From the NCBI GenBank assembly GCA_963764715.1, contig CAVXTP010000022.1, positions 96,001 to 160,000 of the forward strand: DNA of 64,000 bases, read 5' to 3'. The DNA is from an uncultured Acidobacteriota bacterium. Lineage in GTDB: Bacteria; Acidobacteriota; Thermoanaerobaculia; UBA5066; Gp7-AA6. The translations under genes were made by a program, and so were the position numbers. Below the pieces are notes generated by a model. That model searched no databases and was not told where the DNA came from. It was given only the letters and a program-made list of their open reading frames with translations. Below, in pieces: positions 31,417 to 40,724 of the stretch. Position 1 is the stretch's first letter; every line of letters starts with the position of its first letter.

Positions 31417-31619
31417 CGATATCCGCCTCGAAGGACCAGGGACGACGATGAACCGAGCTGTCGCTCCTCAAAGAAAGCACCATCAAGCAAACTCCCGTTG
31501 CCAGGACGAATGCCATGACCGGGTCCCAGAGGAATCCCCTGGGACCCGGCCTTCGTGTGCATGACTGCTTGCAAGCACCCGGCCTGGCTAAGCCGGAAGT
31601 CTTTGATTTCAGTACTCAT
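31413..31619 (-). CDS. Small hypothetical protein (or C-terminal part of a frameshifted upstream gene)
   Basis: Overlaps the upstream stop and is ATGA-coupled to the next gene. Confidence 0.4.
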   Translation of the reverse strand: MSTEIKDFRLSQAGCLQAVMHTKAGSQGIPLGPGHGIRPGNGSLLDGAFFEERQLGSSSSLVLRGGYR

Positions 31620-32217
31620 CTTCGATGCCATCCTTGGTAGTGGGAATGGGACTGGTCTTGGTAAAGGGAAAGGCTTTGGAAAGGGGACAGGACGAGGAAT
31701 CGGAAAGGGTATCGGGTGAGGCCTCCCCTCCCGCCTCAAGTCTCGTAAGAGTCCCAAGGCGCGAGTGCCAGCACTGCTCAGGCAGAGATCTCGACTTCCT
31801 GTCGGATTTCACGATCTCGACGTGGGCTAGGAATAGCTTGCGTTGGAACAGTTTCGACGGGACAAGCTTCTCTCCCTTTTTTGGCAGCCGGCCGAGGGCC
31901 ACGGCAGCGTCTCGAAACAAATGGCTACGACCGCCCTTCGGTTTCCACCGGGTGCACTCCGTGTTTGGAATTGGCCGGCCGCAGGCGCAGATCACGGGGT
32001 AGTAGCGAGGAAGCTCCGCTCGTTTGAAGCCGACTGCGCAAAAGTAGGCGACGATTCGAGAACTCGGCTGGGCAACCTTTCTCTCATCGAAAAAATGGAT
32101 AGGGTTGCCGGCGGAAATGAACTCGACGATGGTCTCGCCCTCGAACGGGGTTCCGTCGTCCGAAGACAGGAGTCTAGGAGCGTGGGGGTCATCGTAGACC
32201 CCAACTTCTCGGCTCAT
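31609..32217 (-). CDS. Hypothetical protein (basic, beta-rich; possibly nucleic-acid binding)
   Basis: ATGA-coupled to the upstream ORF; 202 aa open frame in the element core operon. Confidence 0.65.
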   Translation of the reverse strand: MSREVGVYDDPHAPRLLSSDDGTPFEGETIVEFISAGNPIHFFDERKVAQPSSRIVAYFCAVGFKRAELPRYYPVICACGRPIPNTECTRWKPKGGRSHLFRDAAVALGRLPKKGEKLVPSKLFQRKLFLAHVEIVKSDRKSRSLPEQCWHSRLGTLTRLEAGGEASPDTLSDSSSCPLSKAFPFTKTSPIPTTKDGIEDEY

Positions 32218-32729
32218 AGAGCCTCCGGGATGGACTTGGACGCTTGTCGGTACGGTTTTGTGCCCGATCGTGCCTCCACGGCCCGGGAAGGCCGCTTCCT
32301 GCGTTGCTCGAGCGCCTTCTGAAGGGCCGCCTTCACTGCCAAGCTGGCGGTCCGATTTCGCCTAGCCCCAAGAAGCTGGAAGTAGTGCCCCCAGCCCCCC
32401 ACGGGGAAGCGGACGACAAGCTCGAACTCGCCCTCCTGGTGGACGATGGCACCCGGCAGGGCTTTGAGCCTATTTTTCAGTCTGGGGTGATCGGTGTAGG
32501 CGCAGAGTTCGTTCCCGCCGTACGGGTAGATCTTCCCGTACCTGCACGGGACCTCCAGCAGCCACGGGTCGAATGCTTGCCCCGGAACGTGGCTCTCGTC
32601 CCATTGGTTCCTGTGGCTTGGGAAGCGTTCCTTCAGGTTCACGCAGCTCCCTCGCCAAATGCCCAACATCTGTCCGGCTTCCGAGACTTTCAACATCATG
32701 CAGACAAGACTACGCACGGAGAGAGACAT
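32214..32729 (-). CDS. Hypothetical protein
   Basis: DPWLLEVPCRYGKIYPYGG...VHQEGEFELVVRFP; start may instead be GTG ~32642 after a GAGGGAG SD. Confidence 0.65.
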   Translation of the reverse strand: MSLSVRSLVCMMLKVSEAGQMLGIWRGSCVNLKERFPSHRNQWDESHVPGQAFDPWLLEVPCRYGKIYPYGGNELCAYTDHPRLKNRLKALPGAIVHQEGEFELVVRFPVGGWGHYFQLLGARRNRTASLAVKAALQKALEQRRKRPSRAVEARSGTKPYRQASKSIPEAL

Positions 32730-32774
32730 TCTCCACGGCGATATCCGAACGATTTTCGAGAGGATAGCGAGAGA

Positions 32775-33623
32775 TTAACGAGACGTGCGTGGGCCTGCGT
32801 CTGCCACAGGGAGGGCATCGGCAAGCGCCATGAGGATCTCCGTGTAGTTCAATTCTGCCGGTACCTTCCCGCTCTTCCTATAGCGATCGCGGCGGTCGTA
32901 GAGGACCTTCTCCGACACATCACGGGCCTTGAGTCCTACGGCGGCATAAGTAGCGGTCAGCAAGTCGCTGCATTCGGCAAGATGCGGCCGTCTTGTCCGC
33001 GTTTCAACGAGGTCCAAGAGCCTGACCTCTTGATCCACGAGTAGATTCCGTTTCCGACCTCGCAGCGTCACCAGATAGTCGCCGTATTCCTCTAACTCTT
33101 TTGGAAGGTTCAAGCGTCGTTGAAAGGCTCCGAACGATGCCTCTATATCGACGCTTCCCGCGGTGCCGTGTTTAATGACTGATGCGAGCGCTTCGTTGAA
33201 GGCATGTCCTGGGGCTCCGTAGACGCTATCGTTTACGCTCTCGATCTCTTTCGCCAGCTGCCGAAGCTGCCGCTTCAGCCGACCGAGTGCGCTCAGCCTT
33301 GGAAGCCCGACGTAGTCACGCGGAGTGCGCTCGAGGCAAGCCGCGAACCAGCACGCTTCAAGCGCGCGTGGCAATTCAGAGCCGAAATGGATCTTACTGA
33401 TGGGCGGTCCGCTGGTGGCATGCTTGCCCTTGATCGAGAGAGGCGAGTACGCGCCTAAAAGCTTCGCGTATGCCTCTGCCGCTCGCTCACCGCCGTCTTG
33501 TGAAAACACCTCGCGGAGGAAGTCCTGGCTCAAATCAAAGTCGCCATTCCAGGGATAGAGAAGCTTCGCCGTCGCCGCGGGCTCAAACTGTCGGATTGCC
33601 ACGACCTTCCCCTCCTGAATCAT
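32775..33623 (-). CDS. Hypothetical protein, first gene of the element core operon
   Basis: 282 aa helical-looking ORF; start uncertain. Confidence 0.65.
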   Translation of the reverse strand: MIQEGKVVAIRQFEPAATAKLLYPWNGDFDLSQDFLREVFSQDGGERAAEAYAKLLGAYSPLSIKGKHATSGPPISKIHFGSELPRALEACWFAACLERTPRDYVGLPRLSALGRLKRQLRQLAKEIESVNDSVYGAPGHAFNEALASVIKHGTAGSVDIEASFGAFQRRLNLPKELEEYGDYLVTLRGRKRNLLVDQEVRLLDLVETRTRRPHLAECSDLLTATYAAVGLKARDVSEKVLYDRRDRYRKSGKVPAELNYTEILMALADALPVADAGPRTSR

Positions 33624-33712
33624 ACGATCTGGGGCCTATCGCGCGCGGCGGGTGAAGCGCTACCCCTTCCCGCTCAGCCGCCCCTGACGCAAGACTCAGT
33701 ATGCGTCCGCCC

Positions 33713-35824
33713 CTACGGCCCGTAGAGCTGCAAGCCGAAGGTCTTCACGAGAAACACGGCCATCTGGCCCCTGGTAATTTGGTTGAGGGGGCAGTAGTTC
33801 CCGTTACCGCAGCCTCCCGTGACCTGCTCGGCCGCAAGCTGCTCGACCCAGTCGGCGAACAACGACGGGCATGCAACGTCCCCGAAAACGCCACTACAAC
33901 TTGGGGGCGTGTAACTGGATCCATGCTCAGACTTCAACAGAAACGCCGCCATTTGATCCCTTCGAACGGGCGTCGTGGGGCAGTAGAAGCCGCCACCACA
34001 GCCTGCCGTGACACCCTCCGCTGCAAGCTGCTCGACCCAGTCGGCAAAGGGACTAGGGCAATCGACGTCGGTGAAGAAACCGAGACACGGTGGCGGTGTG
34101 AAATCTGGGCCGTGCTTTGCCTTGAGTAGGAAGACAGCCATCTGGGCACGTGTCACGACGTTCCCGGGGCAGTAGCCCGTGGCAGAACATCCAGTGGTCA
34201 CCCGATTGTGAAAGAGGTTCTCAACAAATCCGTAGAAGGGATGGGTTGTGAGGACGTCCGAGAAGCTCTCCCCGACGTGGAGGGTCCAAGTCTTTTCGGC
34301 GGAGGATGGGAAGGTCTCGACGAACGTCGCATCCCAATGGGTAGCGGGTCTGGGCCCCGAGACCGCCATTTGATAGCAGTCCGCCATGGCCGTGAAGCAG
34401 TCGTCGGAGCTTCCGGGGTTGAGCGTGCCGTAGTCCGCCGAATCGTCTTGAATTGTGTAGCCCCCGGGTGCGTTAGGACCGGTAAAGGAAGAGGCTGTCC
34501 CTTTCAGGTCCACTGCGGCCGAAGCCTCGTTGCTCCAACCGGGTTCTATCAGGGCAACCTCTCCCGGCTCCAGAATCCCATTCAGGTTCGACATTCCGGT
34601 GCTATGGACATCCACCCTAAGTTGAGTAGCTGACAAGGGAAAAGCGAGCCGGGCGAAGGCTCCGTCGTGACCCTCCGTGCCGTAGCTCGTCCAAGCGATT
34701 ACGAAAGTTCCGGTGGGAGACGCAGCGACTGCCGGGTACACCTGCCCTCCCGTTGTGTATGCGTTGACTAGGAAGTCTGGTCCGATTGGAGTTCCGGACT
34801 CGTTGAACCTTCTCCCAAACACCTCGCCGCCCACACCTGTTTGATCGTTGCTCAGCCAAGTCACGAAGAAGCGTCCGAGGTCATCCATCGCAATGCTCGG
34901 AGATACCTGGTAGCCGGTCGTGTAAGTGTTGACCTGAAACTCAAGCCCCTGAGGGACTCCCGCGCTGTCATAGCGGCGCCCGAAAACGCCGTACGCCGAC
35001 CCGTCCTGGGAGTCTTTGCTCGTCCAGGCAACGACAAACTCCCCAGCGGGATTTGTGGCGACGCTCGGAGTACGCTGGTTATCGGTCGTGTACGCGTTGA
35101 CCTGAAACTCGTCGCCATCTGGCGCGCCTGAACTGTCATAGCGGCGTCCGATCACGGCCTCGCCTGAGCCATCTTGATCCTTGCTCGTCCACACAACGAC
35201 GAAGGTGCCGAACGGGTCCATCGCTAACGACGGAGCAAATTGACCCCCGCTCGTGTACGTGTTGACCTGGAACTCGACACCGCTCGCACTACCGTCGCTG
35301 TCGAAACGCTGCGCGAAGATTCCCGAACCATCCTGGCCGCCCGTGCCCGACCAAGCGACTACGAAGTTTCCCAAGCCATTCGTCGCGACGCTAGGTCGGT
35401 ACTGGAGACCGGTCGTGTACGTATTGACCTGGAACTCTCCGCCCTGACGAACGGCCGCGGCATCGAAACGTTGTGCGAAGACTCCATAACCGTCACCGTC
35501 TTGACCCGAGGAGCTCGTCCAAGCAACGACGAAATCGCCAGCGGCATCCATGCTGACGCTCGGAAGCTTTTGTGATCCGGTTGTGTAGGTGTTCACTTGG
35601 AACACGGGTCCGATCGGCGAGCCCGAGCTGTCGTAACGAAGGCCGACAATGTCGCCGTTCGACCAGATGACGACGAAGCCACCGACGCCATCCATCGCCA
35701 TCTTTGGGTCCTGGCCTTCTGCGCTAACCGGAAACTCCGGACCGAATGTTGGAACCTGAGCGCCCGCAAACGTCGCGGCAAGTACTACGAGCAGAAGAAG
35801 AACGACGGCCGTTCGGCGGGCCAT
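33713..35824 (-). CDS. Secreted beta-propeller-repeat protein with three C-terminal Cys-containing SLH-like domains
   Basis: GGAGG SD and signal peptide; ~7 repeats of EFQVNTYTT..Q..PSVA.D..G.FVV.W; three F.DV...T.GC....YCP...R.QMA.FL SLH-like repeats. Confidence 0.85.
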   Translation of the reverse strand: MARRTAVVLLLLVVLAATFAGAQVPTFGPEFPVSAEGQDPKMAMDGVGGFVVIWSNGDIVGLRYDSSGSPIGPVFQVNTYTTGSQKLPSVSMDAAGDFVVAWTSSSGQDGDGYGVFAQRFDAAAVRQGGEFQVNTYTTGLQYRPSVATNGLGNFVVAWSGTGGQDGSGIFAQRFDSDGSASGVEFQVNTYTSGGQFAPSLAMDPFGTFVVVWTSKDQDGSGEAVIGRRYDSSGAPDGDEFQVNAYTTDNQRTPSVATNPAGEFVVAWTSKDSQDGSAYGVFGRRYDSAGVPQGLEFQVNTYTTGYQVSPSIAMDDLGRFFVTWLSNDQTGVGGEVFGRRFNESGTPIGPDFLVNAYTTGGQVYPAVAASPTGTFVIAWTSYGTEGHDGAFARLAFPLSATQLRVDVHSTGMSNLNGILEPGEVALIEPGWSNEASAAVDLKGTASSFTGPNAPGGYTIQDDSADYGTLNPGSSDDCFTAMADCYQMAVSGPRPATHWDATFVETFPSSAEKTWTLHVGESFSDVLTTHPFYGFVENLFHNRVTTGCSATGYCPGNVVTRAQMAVFLLKAKHGPDFTPPPCLGFFTDVDCPSPFADWVEQLAAEGVTAGCGGGFYCPTTPVRRDQMAAFLLKSEHGSSYTPPSCSGVFGDVACPSLFADWVEQLAAEQVTGGCGNGNYCPLNQITRGQMAVFLVKTFGLQLYGP

Positions 35825-36495
35825 GGAGCCTCCGGTGTTCCTGCGCCGCATCATATCGCCCATGTGACTAGCGAAGCCGGAGGGCGCGGGCCCAGAACGA
35901 CCTTCCCCGCGATTCAAGGAGTGCCGCGGCCTTCTCGCGCCACTCCGGTGAGCCTCGCTCGAGCCGGGACAGAGTCGGGTCGCGGGCGATTTCGGCATCG
36001 AGTTCGCTTGGAGCTGTACACCGGCTCGAGCTCTCAAATATCAGCGTCGGGTTGAGGATGAGGTCTTCCTGAACGGTCTCAAGGAAGTCATTCCGCTCCC
36101 GCGTTCCGGCTCGGCCGGTCTCTGCAAGATGGCCTAGTTCCTGCCGAAGAATAGATTCCGGCGATCCAAGAACTTTCGGGAGCCTCGCCTCCAGTCCTCG
36201 CGAAACGTGAAAGGCGGCAGGCCGGGCGAGGGCCGACGGTTCGCGCTCGCGCCGTCGCGCGAAAGCTAGCCGCCCGTCGATAGTGTGCCCTCTTTCGCCG
36301 GCAGCGGCAACGATCCGCTACTCGCGGGCCGACTGAGACTTGCGCAACTGGCTTGACCTCGAATGACAAGTCTTGCCGGCCTTCGCACTCGGGCTGAGGA
36401 GCTTCCCATTCGAAACCGAGGTGTAGGATTGGACCAACTTCGGTGCGGCTCCCACCCTTCTTTTCTTTCCCGCGCCGCTAGCTGGAGGAAGGACA

Positions 36496-37377
36496 ATGAA
36501 ACGCCTGCTGATTTCCCTTCTCGCGGCTTCCCTTGCGTCTGCCTTGTCCGCGCAGAGCGCTCCGCGTGGTCCGGTGATCCCGTCGGATCGAGGGGGGGAT
36601 CCCGGCCCGCAGCCTGGCCCCGATCCGTCAGGCGTCTATGCCGGATCGGTGACTTACACGTTCGGGAATCTGGGCTCATTTACACAACCTTGGCGCGTCC
36701 CGATCAAGGCTCAGCCCTGCCCAGGATGCGCCCCTGGCGAGTACGCAATTAGCGGAACGGACTACGAATCGATCGTGTATCAAGGCGGAGCCGCTGACCG
36801 TGGAAGCGTATCGGGGATGATCGGCCTCGGTGGCGCGGGTTACCTCGAGCTGCAAGGGACAAATTGCTCATACGTGACGCTTGGCCTTGGCGGAGTGAGC
36901 ACCTACAAGACCGGGCGAGTTGGTCCGTCGCCTGGAAACGACATTCGAGTATCGGGTGGCAATCTGACCGGACGGCTCTCGGGCTACGACTGCAGCGGCA
37001 ACCTCGTGGTCGCTGACCTCAACCTTCACAAGCAGAGCGGAAGCTCTGCGAGGACCTGCCCCTACTTCGGGGGTATCTACTTCGGCGCTTACGCGAACTC
37101 GTGCGGGGGATCGCAGGCGGGCGACGTGATTCTGACCCAGTCGGGATGCGCCATCAGCGGCTACTCGGCCGGCGCCGCTACCGCAATCCAAGGAATCCTG
37201 ACCAGCCCCACGACAGCGACCTTCGATTTCGAATCAACCGTTGGTTGCGGGTCAGGATCGGGTACGGCGCAAATTACGAATGGAGTTATCAGAGGTACCT
37301 ACTCCGGGACCTCGAACGGCGGGGCGGGATGCTGCCCGCCAGGGCCGTTCTCAGGAAGCTTTACCTTGACGCCTTAG
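36496..37377 (+). CDS. Secreted Gly/Ser/Cys-rich hypothetical protein
   Basis: GGAGGAAGG SD; classic signal peptide MKRLLISLLAASLASALSA; ~10 Cys. Confidence 0.8.
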   Translation: MKRLLISLLAASLASALSAQSAPRGPVIPSDRGGDPGPQPGPDPSGVYAGSVTYTFGNLGSFTQPWRVPIKAQPCPGCAPGEYAISGTDYESIVYQGGAADRGSVSGMIGLGGAGYLELQGTNCSYVTLGLGGVSTYKTGRVGPSPGNDIRVSGGNLTGRLSGYDCSGNLVVADLNLHKQSGSSARTCPYFGGIYFGAYANSCGGSQAGDVILTQSGCAISGYSAGAATAIQGILTSPTTATFDFESTVGCGSGSGTAQITNGVIRGTYSGTSNGGAGCCPPGPFSGSFTLTP

Positions 37378-37421
37378 CGATGCACGTGTAGCTGGCGGGC
37401 GAGCCCTCAAGGACCGTAGAG

Positions 37422-39074
37422 TTGCGCCCCCGACCCGCCAAGTTTGCGCCCCTCTGTGCTAGCGTCGTCGGACGGGCTGTCCCTAGGACGAAACCGCAAT
37501 CGCAGGGGATCGAATTGCAAACGACGAATGCGCAAGGCCGGCTCGCACTGGCTTGGACTGCGATCGTGACCGTGGCGCTCGCAATCCGAGTGATCCCGAT
37601 CGCTGCGGGAAGCCCGTACATCTCCTACGTCGACGAGGGGAACTATCTTCACCCGGCTTTCACGATCCTGCGTACCGGCAACTGGGACCAGCCAGCCTAT
37701 CTCTACCCGCAGCTACCCATCATGGGCGCGGCCGTGTCCATGGAGGTAGCGGATTGGATATCCCGAACGATCCGCGGCCGTTCGCTTGCGAGCGCCGTCC
37801 CCGATGACGTGCAGGTATACGACGAAATGGAGCCATCCGAGTTCCTCCTCGCGGCTCGGCTTGCGGTTGTCGGATTGAGCTTGGCGACCGTTATCCTCAC
37901 GGGAATACTCGCGAGTCGGCTGGCAGGCAGAGCCGCTGGCTTCGCCGCAGCCCTCCTTGCGGCGTTAGCGCCGGCGCTCGTCCTGCGAGGCTCGGTTGCG
38001 ACAGTAGACCCGTGGGCAACGTTTTTCGTTCTGTTGGCGCTGACGCTAACGGACGTCTCACGCACCTCTCGCCGACCCGGCCTTGCTTCGCTAGGCGCGG
38101 GGGCGATGGCCGGGTGCGCGTTCGCCTCGAAGTACCCGGCGATCATCGTGATTATTGCCCACGTCGTGACAACGCTAGTCGAGTCTCTGCCCGTAAAGGA
38201 AAAGATCCGACGACTCTCTCTGGCCTTTCTAGGGCTCATCGTTGCAGCGCCGATCGCGATGCCGGCGCTTCTCTTCCACACCCGTGACGTCGTCGCCGCC
38301 GTTCTGGAGCAGGGTAGACAGTACTCGGTTCTGGCGTCGCCAGCTTTATGGCGGCAAGCATTCGTACGAGCCGAGTGGGATCACCCGTACGAACATCCGG
38401 AGCTGGGGGTTGCCTTCGTTCTCATGGCAGCGGGAGGGCTCGTGCTGGGGCTGCGGACCAGACGAATCGCTCCCACTATCTGGGGCTGGTGCGCGCTGAT
38501 CGCCGTCTCTGTTGCGCTGTACGGGACCCGGTCCTACCAACCGTTCCGCAACATGCTACCGCTCGTGCCTCTGGCTTGCGTAGCGGTGTCGTTCCTCTAC
38601 GCGAAGCTTGAAAACCTGCTTGGTCGCCCTCATCTCGTTGCCATTGCTGGGGTGATTTGGATCCTGGCATCATTCGGCGTTCCGTTGACCATGTTCGTCT
38701 CGGCTCGTGCTCGGCTCGTGGACAGCCGCGTCCGGGCGATCGACTGGCTCGCCGAGCACGCGCGACGGGGCGACACCGGCATCGTAGTCCGAGAACTTGG
38801 AATCCTGCGCCAAGAGGTTCGGCGGGTGCCAGCATGGATCGGTCCCAGATGGTCGATGCTGGCACCTCAGGCCATCGCCGACCACAAGCCTCGATGGTTG
38901 GTCGTCGGCGTAGTAGACCACCCTGGCGCCCCCGTCGTCCAAGTGGGCGAGCTACCAGAGGTGAAGTGGGCCTACGAAGTGCGCTTTAGGACCGGGAAGC
39001 GGTCTGCACCCGGGGATCGAGGTGGATGGCGCGGTAACGACCAGATGATCAGTGTGCTAGAGAGGAAACGCTAA
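37422..39074 (+). CDS. GT-C membrane glycosyltransferase (ArnT/PMT-like)
   Basis: YVDEGNY acidic motif after TM1, YPQL, ASKYP and multiple TM helices; true start probably downstream (~37515). Confidence 0.8.
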   Translation: MRPRPAKFAPLCASVVGRAVPRTKPQSQGIELQTTNAQGRLALAWTAIVTVALAIRVIPIAAGSPYISYVDEGNYLHPAFTILRTGNWDQPAYLYPQLPIMGAAVSMEVADWISRTIRGRSLASAVPDDVQVYDEMEPSEFLLAARLAVVGLSLATVILTGILASRLAGRAAGFAAALLAALAPALVLRGSVATVDPWATFFVLLALTLTDVSRTSRRPGLASLGAGAMAGCAFASKYPAIIVIIAHVVTTLVESLPVKEKIRRLSLAFLGLIVAAPIAMPALLFHTRDVVAAVLEQGRQYSVLASPALWRQAFVRAEWDHPYEHPELGVAFVLMAAGGLVLGLRTRRIAPTIWGWCALIAVSVALYGTRSYQPFRNMLPLVPLACVAVSFLYAKLENLLGRPHLVAIAGVIWILASFGVPLTMFVSARARLVDSRVRAIDWLAEHARRGDTGIVVRELGILRQEVRRVPAWIGPRWSMLAPQAIADHKPRWLVVGVVDHPGAPVVQVGELPEVKWAYEVRFRTGKRSAPGDRGGWRGNDQMISVLERKR

Positions 39075-39159
39075 CTCCGGTTCGTGGTCACGACCCGCTC
39101 GTGCCGCGTGCCCCGAGCACCTCTCGTTCGCAGAGCCTCGGGCGCGATAATCTTTCCCG

Positions 39160-40020
39160 GTGCAGGAGCCAACCCGACTTGACTGGCGCGAGGTCGGCGT
39201 GGCTTTTCGCGAGGCCGTTGCGAAGGACTTCCCGGGTTGGATCGCTCCCGATCAGTCCCACCACGCCATGCAGCTCGCCTTCGCCCACAGCCGTCTCGCC
39301 GAGGGGCGGGAGCTGGCGGAACACCCCTACATAAACTCGGCCACCGTAGAGAGGCCGATCCGCTGTCTTGACGTAGGCTCGGGTAACGGCGGCGTGGCAG
39401 TAGCCCTTGCCAACGTGCCTCGTTTTCGAGTTGAGACGATCGACCTTGGCCGGAACTCAACGATGGAGCGCGTACGCCGCTCGACCGGGTTGCCGATCGG
39501 ACGGACCTTGGGCGACGTCAGCGCGCTACCCTTTGCCGACGAGACTTTCGACGTCGTGCTGTTGATCGACGTCGTCGAGCACGTTCGCGACCGACGGCGA
39601 ATGGGCTCGGAGGCCATGCGCGTACTCAAGCCCGGGGGAGTCTGCTTCATCACGACTCCCGCGCGGCTGCGATACTTTTGGCGCCCCGATCCGCACTATG
39701 GCGTTCGCGGCCTGGTCATTCTTCCAAACGGCCTGCAGCGGTTCATCATAGATCGCGTTCTGAGGCGGCGCGTGTCAAGCCAGAGTGGTTTTCCGGCCCC
39801 GGCCTACGATGTCGAACACACGTTTTGGCACGTCGTCGAGCTTGCGCGGCTCTTCCCCGGGAGGAAGTCCGTCGAGGCCCTCTACCACTTTCCCTTGGCG
39901 GGCGGTCCACCGTTGAGCTGGGAGTGGTGGCGCCGCCGACTGCGTGGCTTCGTCTTCCACCACGTCGTGATCTGGAAGGATGAGAGGGCAGGCGGAGCGG
40001 ACAACTCGCAAGTCGGCTAA
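39160..40020 (+). CDS. Class I SAM-dependent methyltransferase
   Basis: LDVGSGNG, LPFADETFDVV, VVEHV and RVLKPGG motifs. Confidence 0.88.
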   Translation: MQEPTRLDWREVGVAFREAVAKDFPGWIAPDQSHHAMQLAFAHSRLAEGRELAEHPYINSATVERPIRCLDVGSGNGGVAVALANVPRFRVETIDLGRNSTMERVRRSTGLPIGRTLGDVSALPFADETFDVVLLIDVVEHVRDRRRMGSEAMRVLKPGGVCFITTPARLRYFWRPDPHYGVRGLVILPNGLQRFIIDRVLRRRVSSQSGFPAPAYDVEHTFWHVVELARLFPGRKSVEALYHFPLAGGPPLSWEWWRRRLRGFVFHHVVIWKDERAGGADNSQVG

Positions 40021-40099
40021 GCGTTCCGGGGTAACCCCAGTCCTACGGCCCCGGGCTTGGCGCGGAAATACAGGAATCCGCGGTTGACCCGTCGATCCC

Positions 40100-40469
40100 G
40101 CGGTTTGATGACACTAGAGTTCAGGCGAGCGATTGGGTCGCGGCGCATGCCCACCCCTATGATGGCGTTGTTGTGATGCGAGAGCTTGGAGTGTTAGACC
40201 AGGAGATGGCTCGCTTGCCGAAGCACCAGGCTTCCGTCTGGTCGATCCGGACGGCGGAAGCAATCTCAATGGGGCGCCCTCGTTTCCTAATCGGAGGATC
40301 GCTCGCTCGGGTAGACGGCGGATCGGCTAATGTGCTTGATCTCGACGCCGTCCGGGACGACTACACGGTGGTGTTTAAGGCGGGGTCTGAGTTGACACCG
40401 CTCGAGAAGTATCTGTGGCGAGGAAACGGACAGAAGGTCTACGTGTTGGAGGAAAAGCAGACCAGATAG
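40100..40469 (+). pseudogene. Truncated paralog of the glycosyltransferase C-terminal domain
   Basis: DTRVQASDWVAAHA...MRELGVL...WRGNGQKVYVLE aligns with DSRVRAIDWLAEHA...VRELGIL...WRGNDQMISVLE of 37422-39074; the TM part is missing. Confidence 0.75.
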
Positions 40470-40724
40470 CGGGCCGAGCGTGTGGGACAGGCCTGACGGC
40501 GCGGGGCCGAGCGACAATGTTGCTGATCTCGACCGCTTGTCAAGCGGTATGCCCCGCTAGTTGACGATGTCACCGTTGTTTGTACCGCTGCGCCCTCCGC
40601 GGCGTTCTCGCGTTCCGGAACGACCGTGCAACCCTGCCTGCGAACACCGCCGCGCTACCGTGCGTCATGCGATATGAGCCCGGGAAACGCGAAGTGCCAC
40701 GGTAACGTCAGCGATAGAGCCGGT

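Noticed and set aside
34720-35760. Regularly spaced near-repeats (gttgacctgaaactc-like) resembling a CRISPR array
   Set aside because: The period is ~170-180 bp with synonymous variation; these are the coding repeats of the beta-propeller protein, and no cas genes are present.
39160-40020. Methyltransferase as the DNA-modifying partner of the nuclease (restriction-modification system)
   Set aside because: No DPPY/NPPY or PC motif; it is a small-molecule/glycan-type class I methyltransferase next to a glycosyltransferase, 9 kb from the nuclease.
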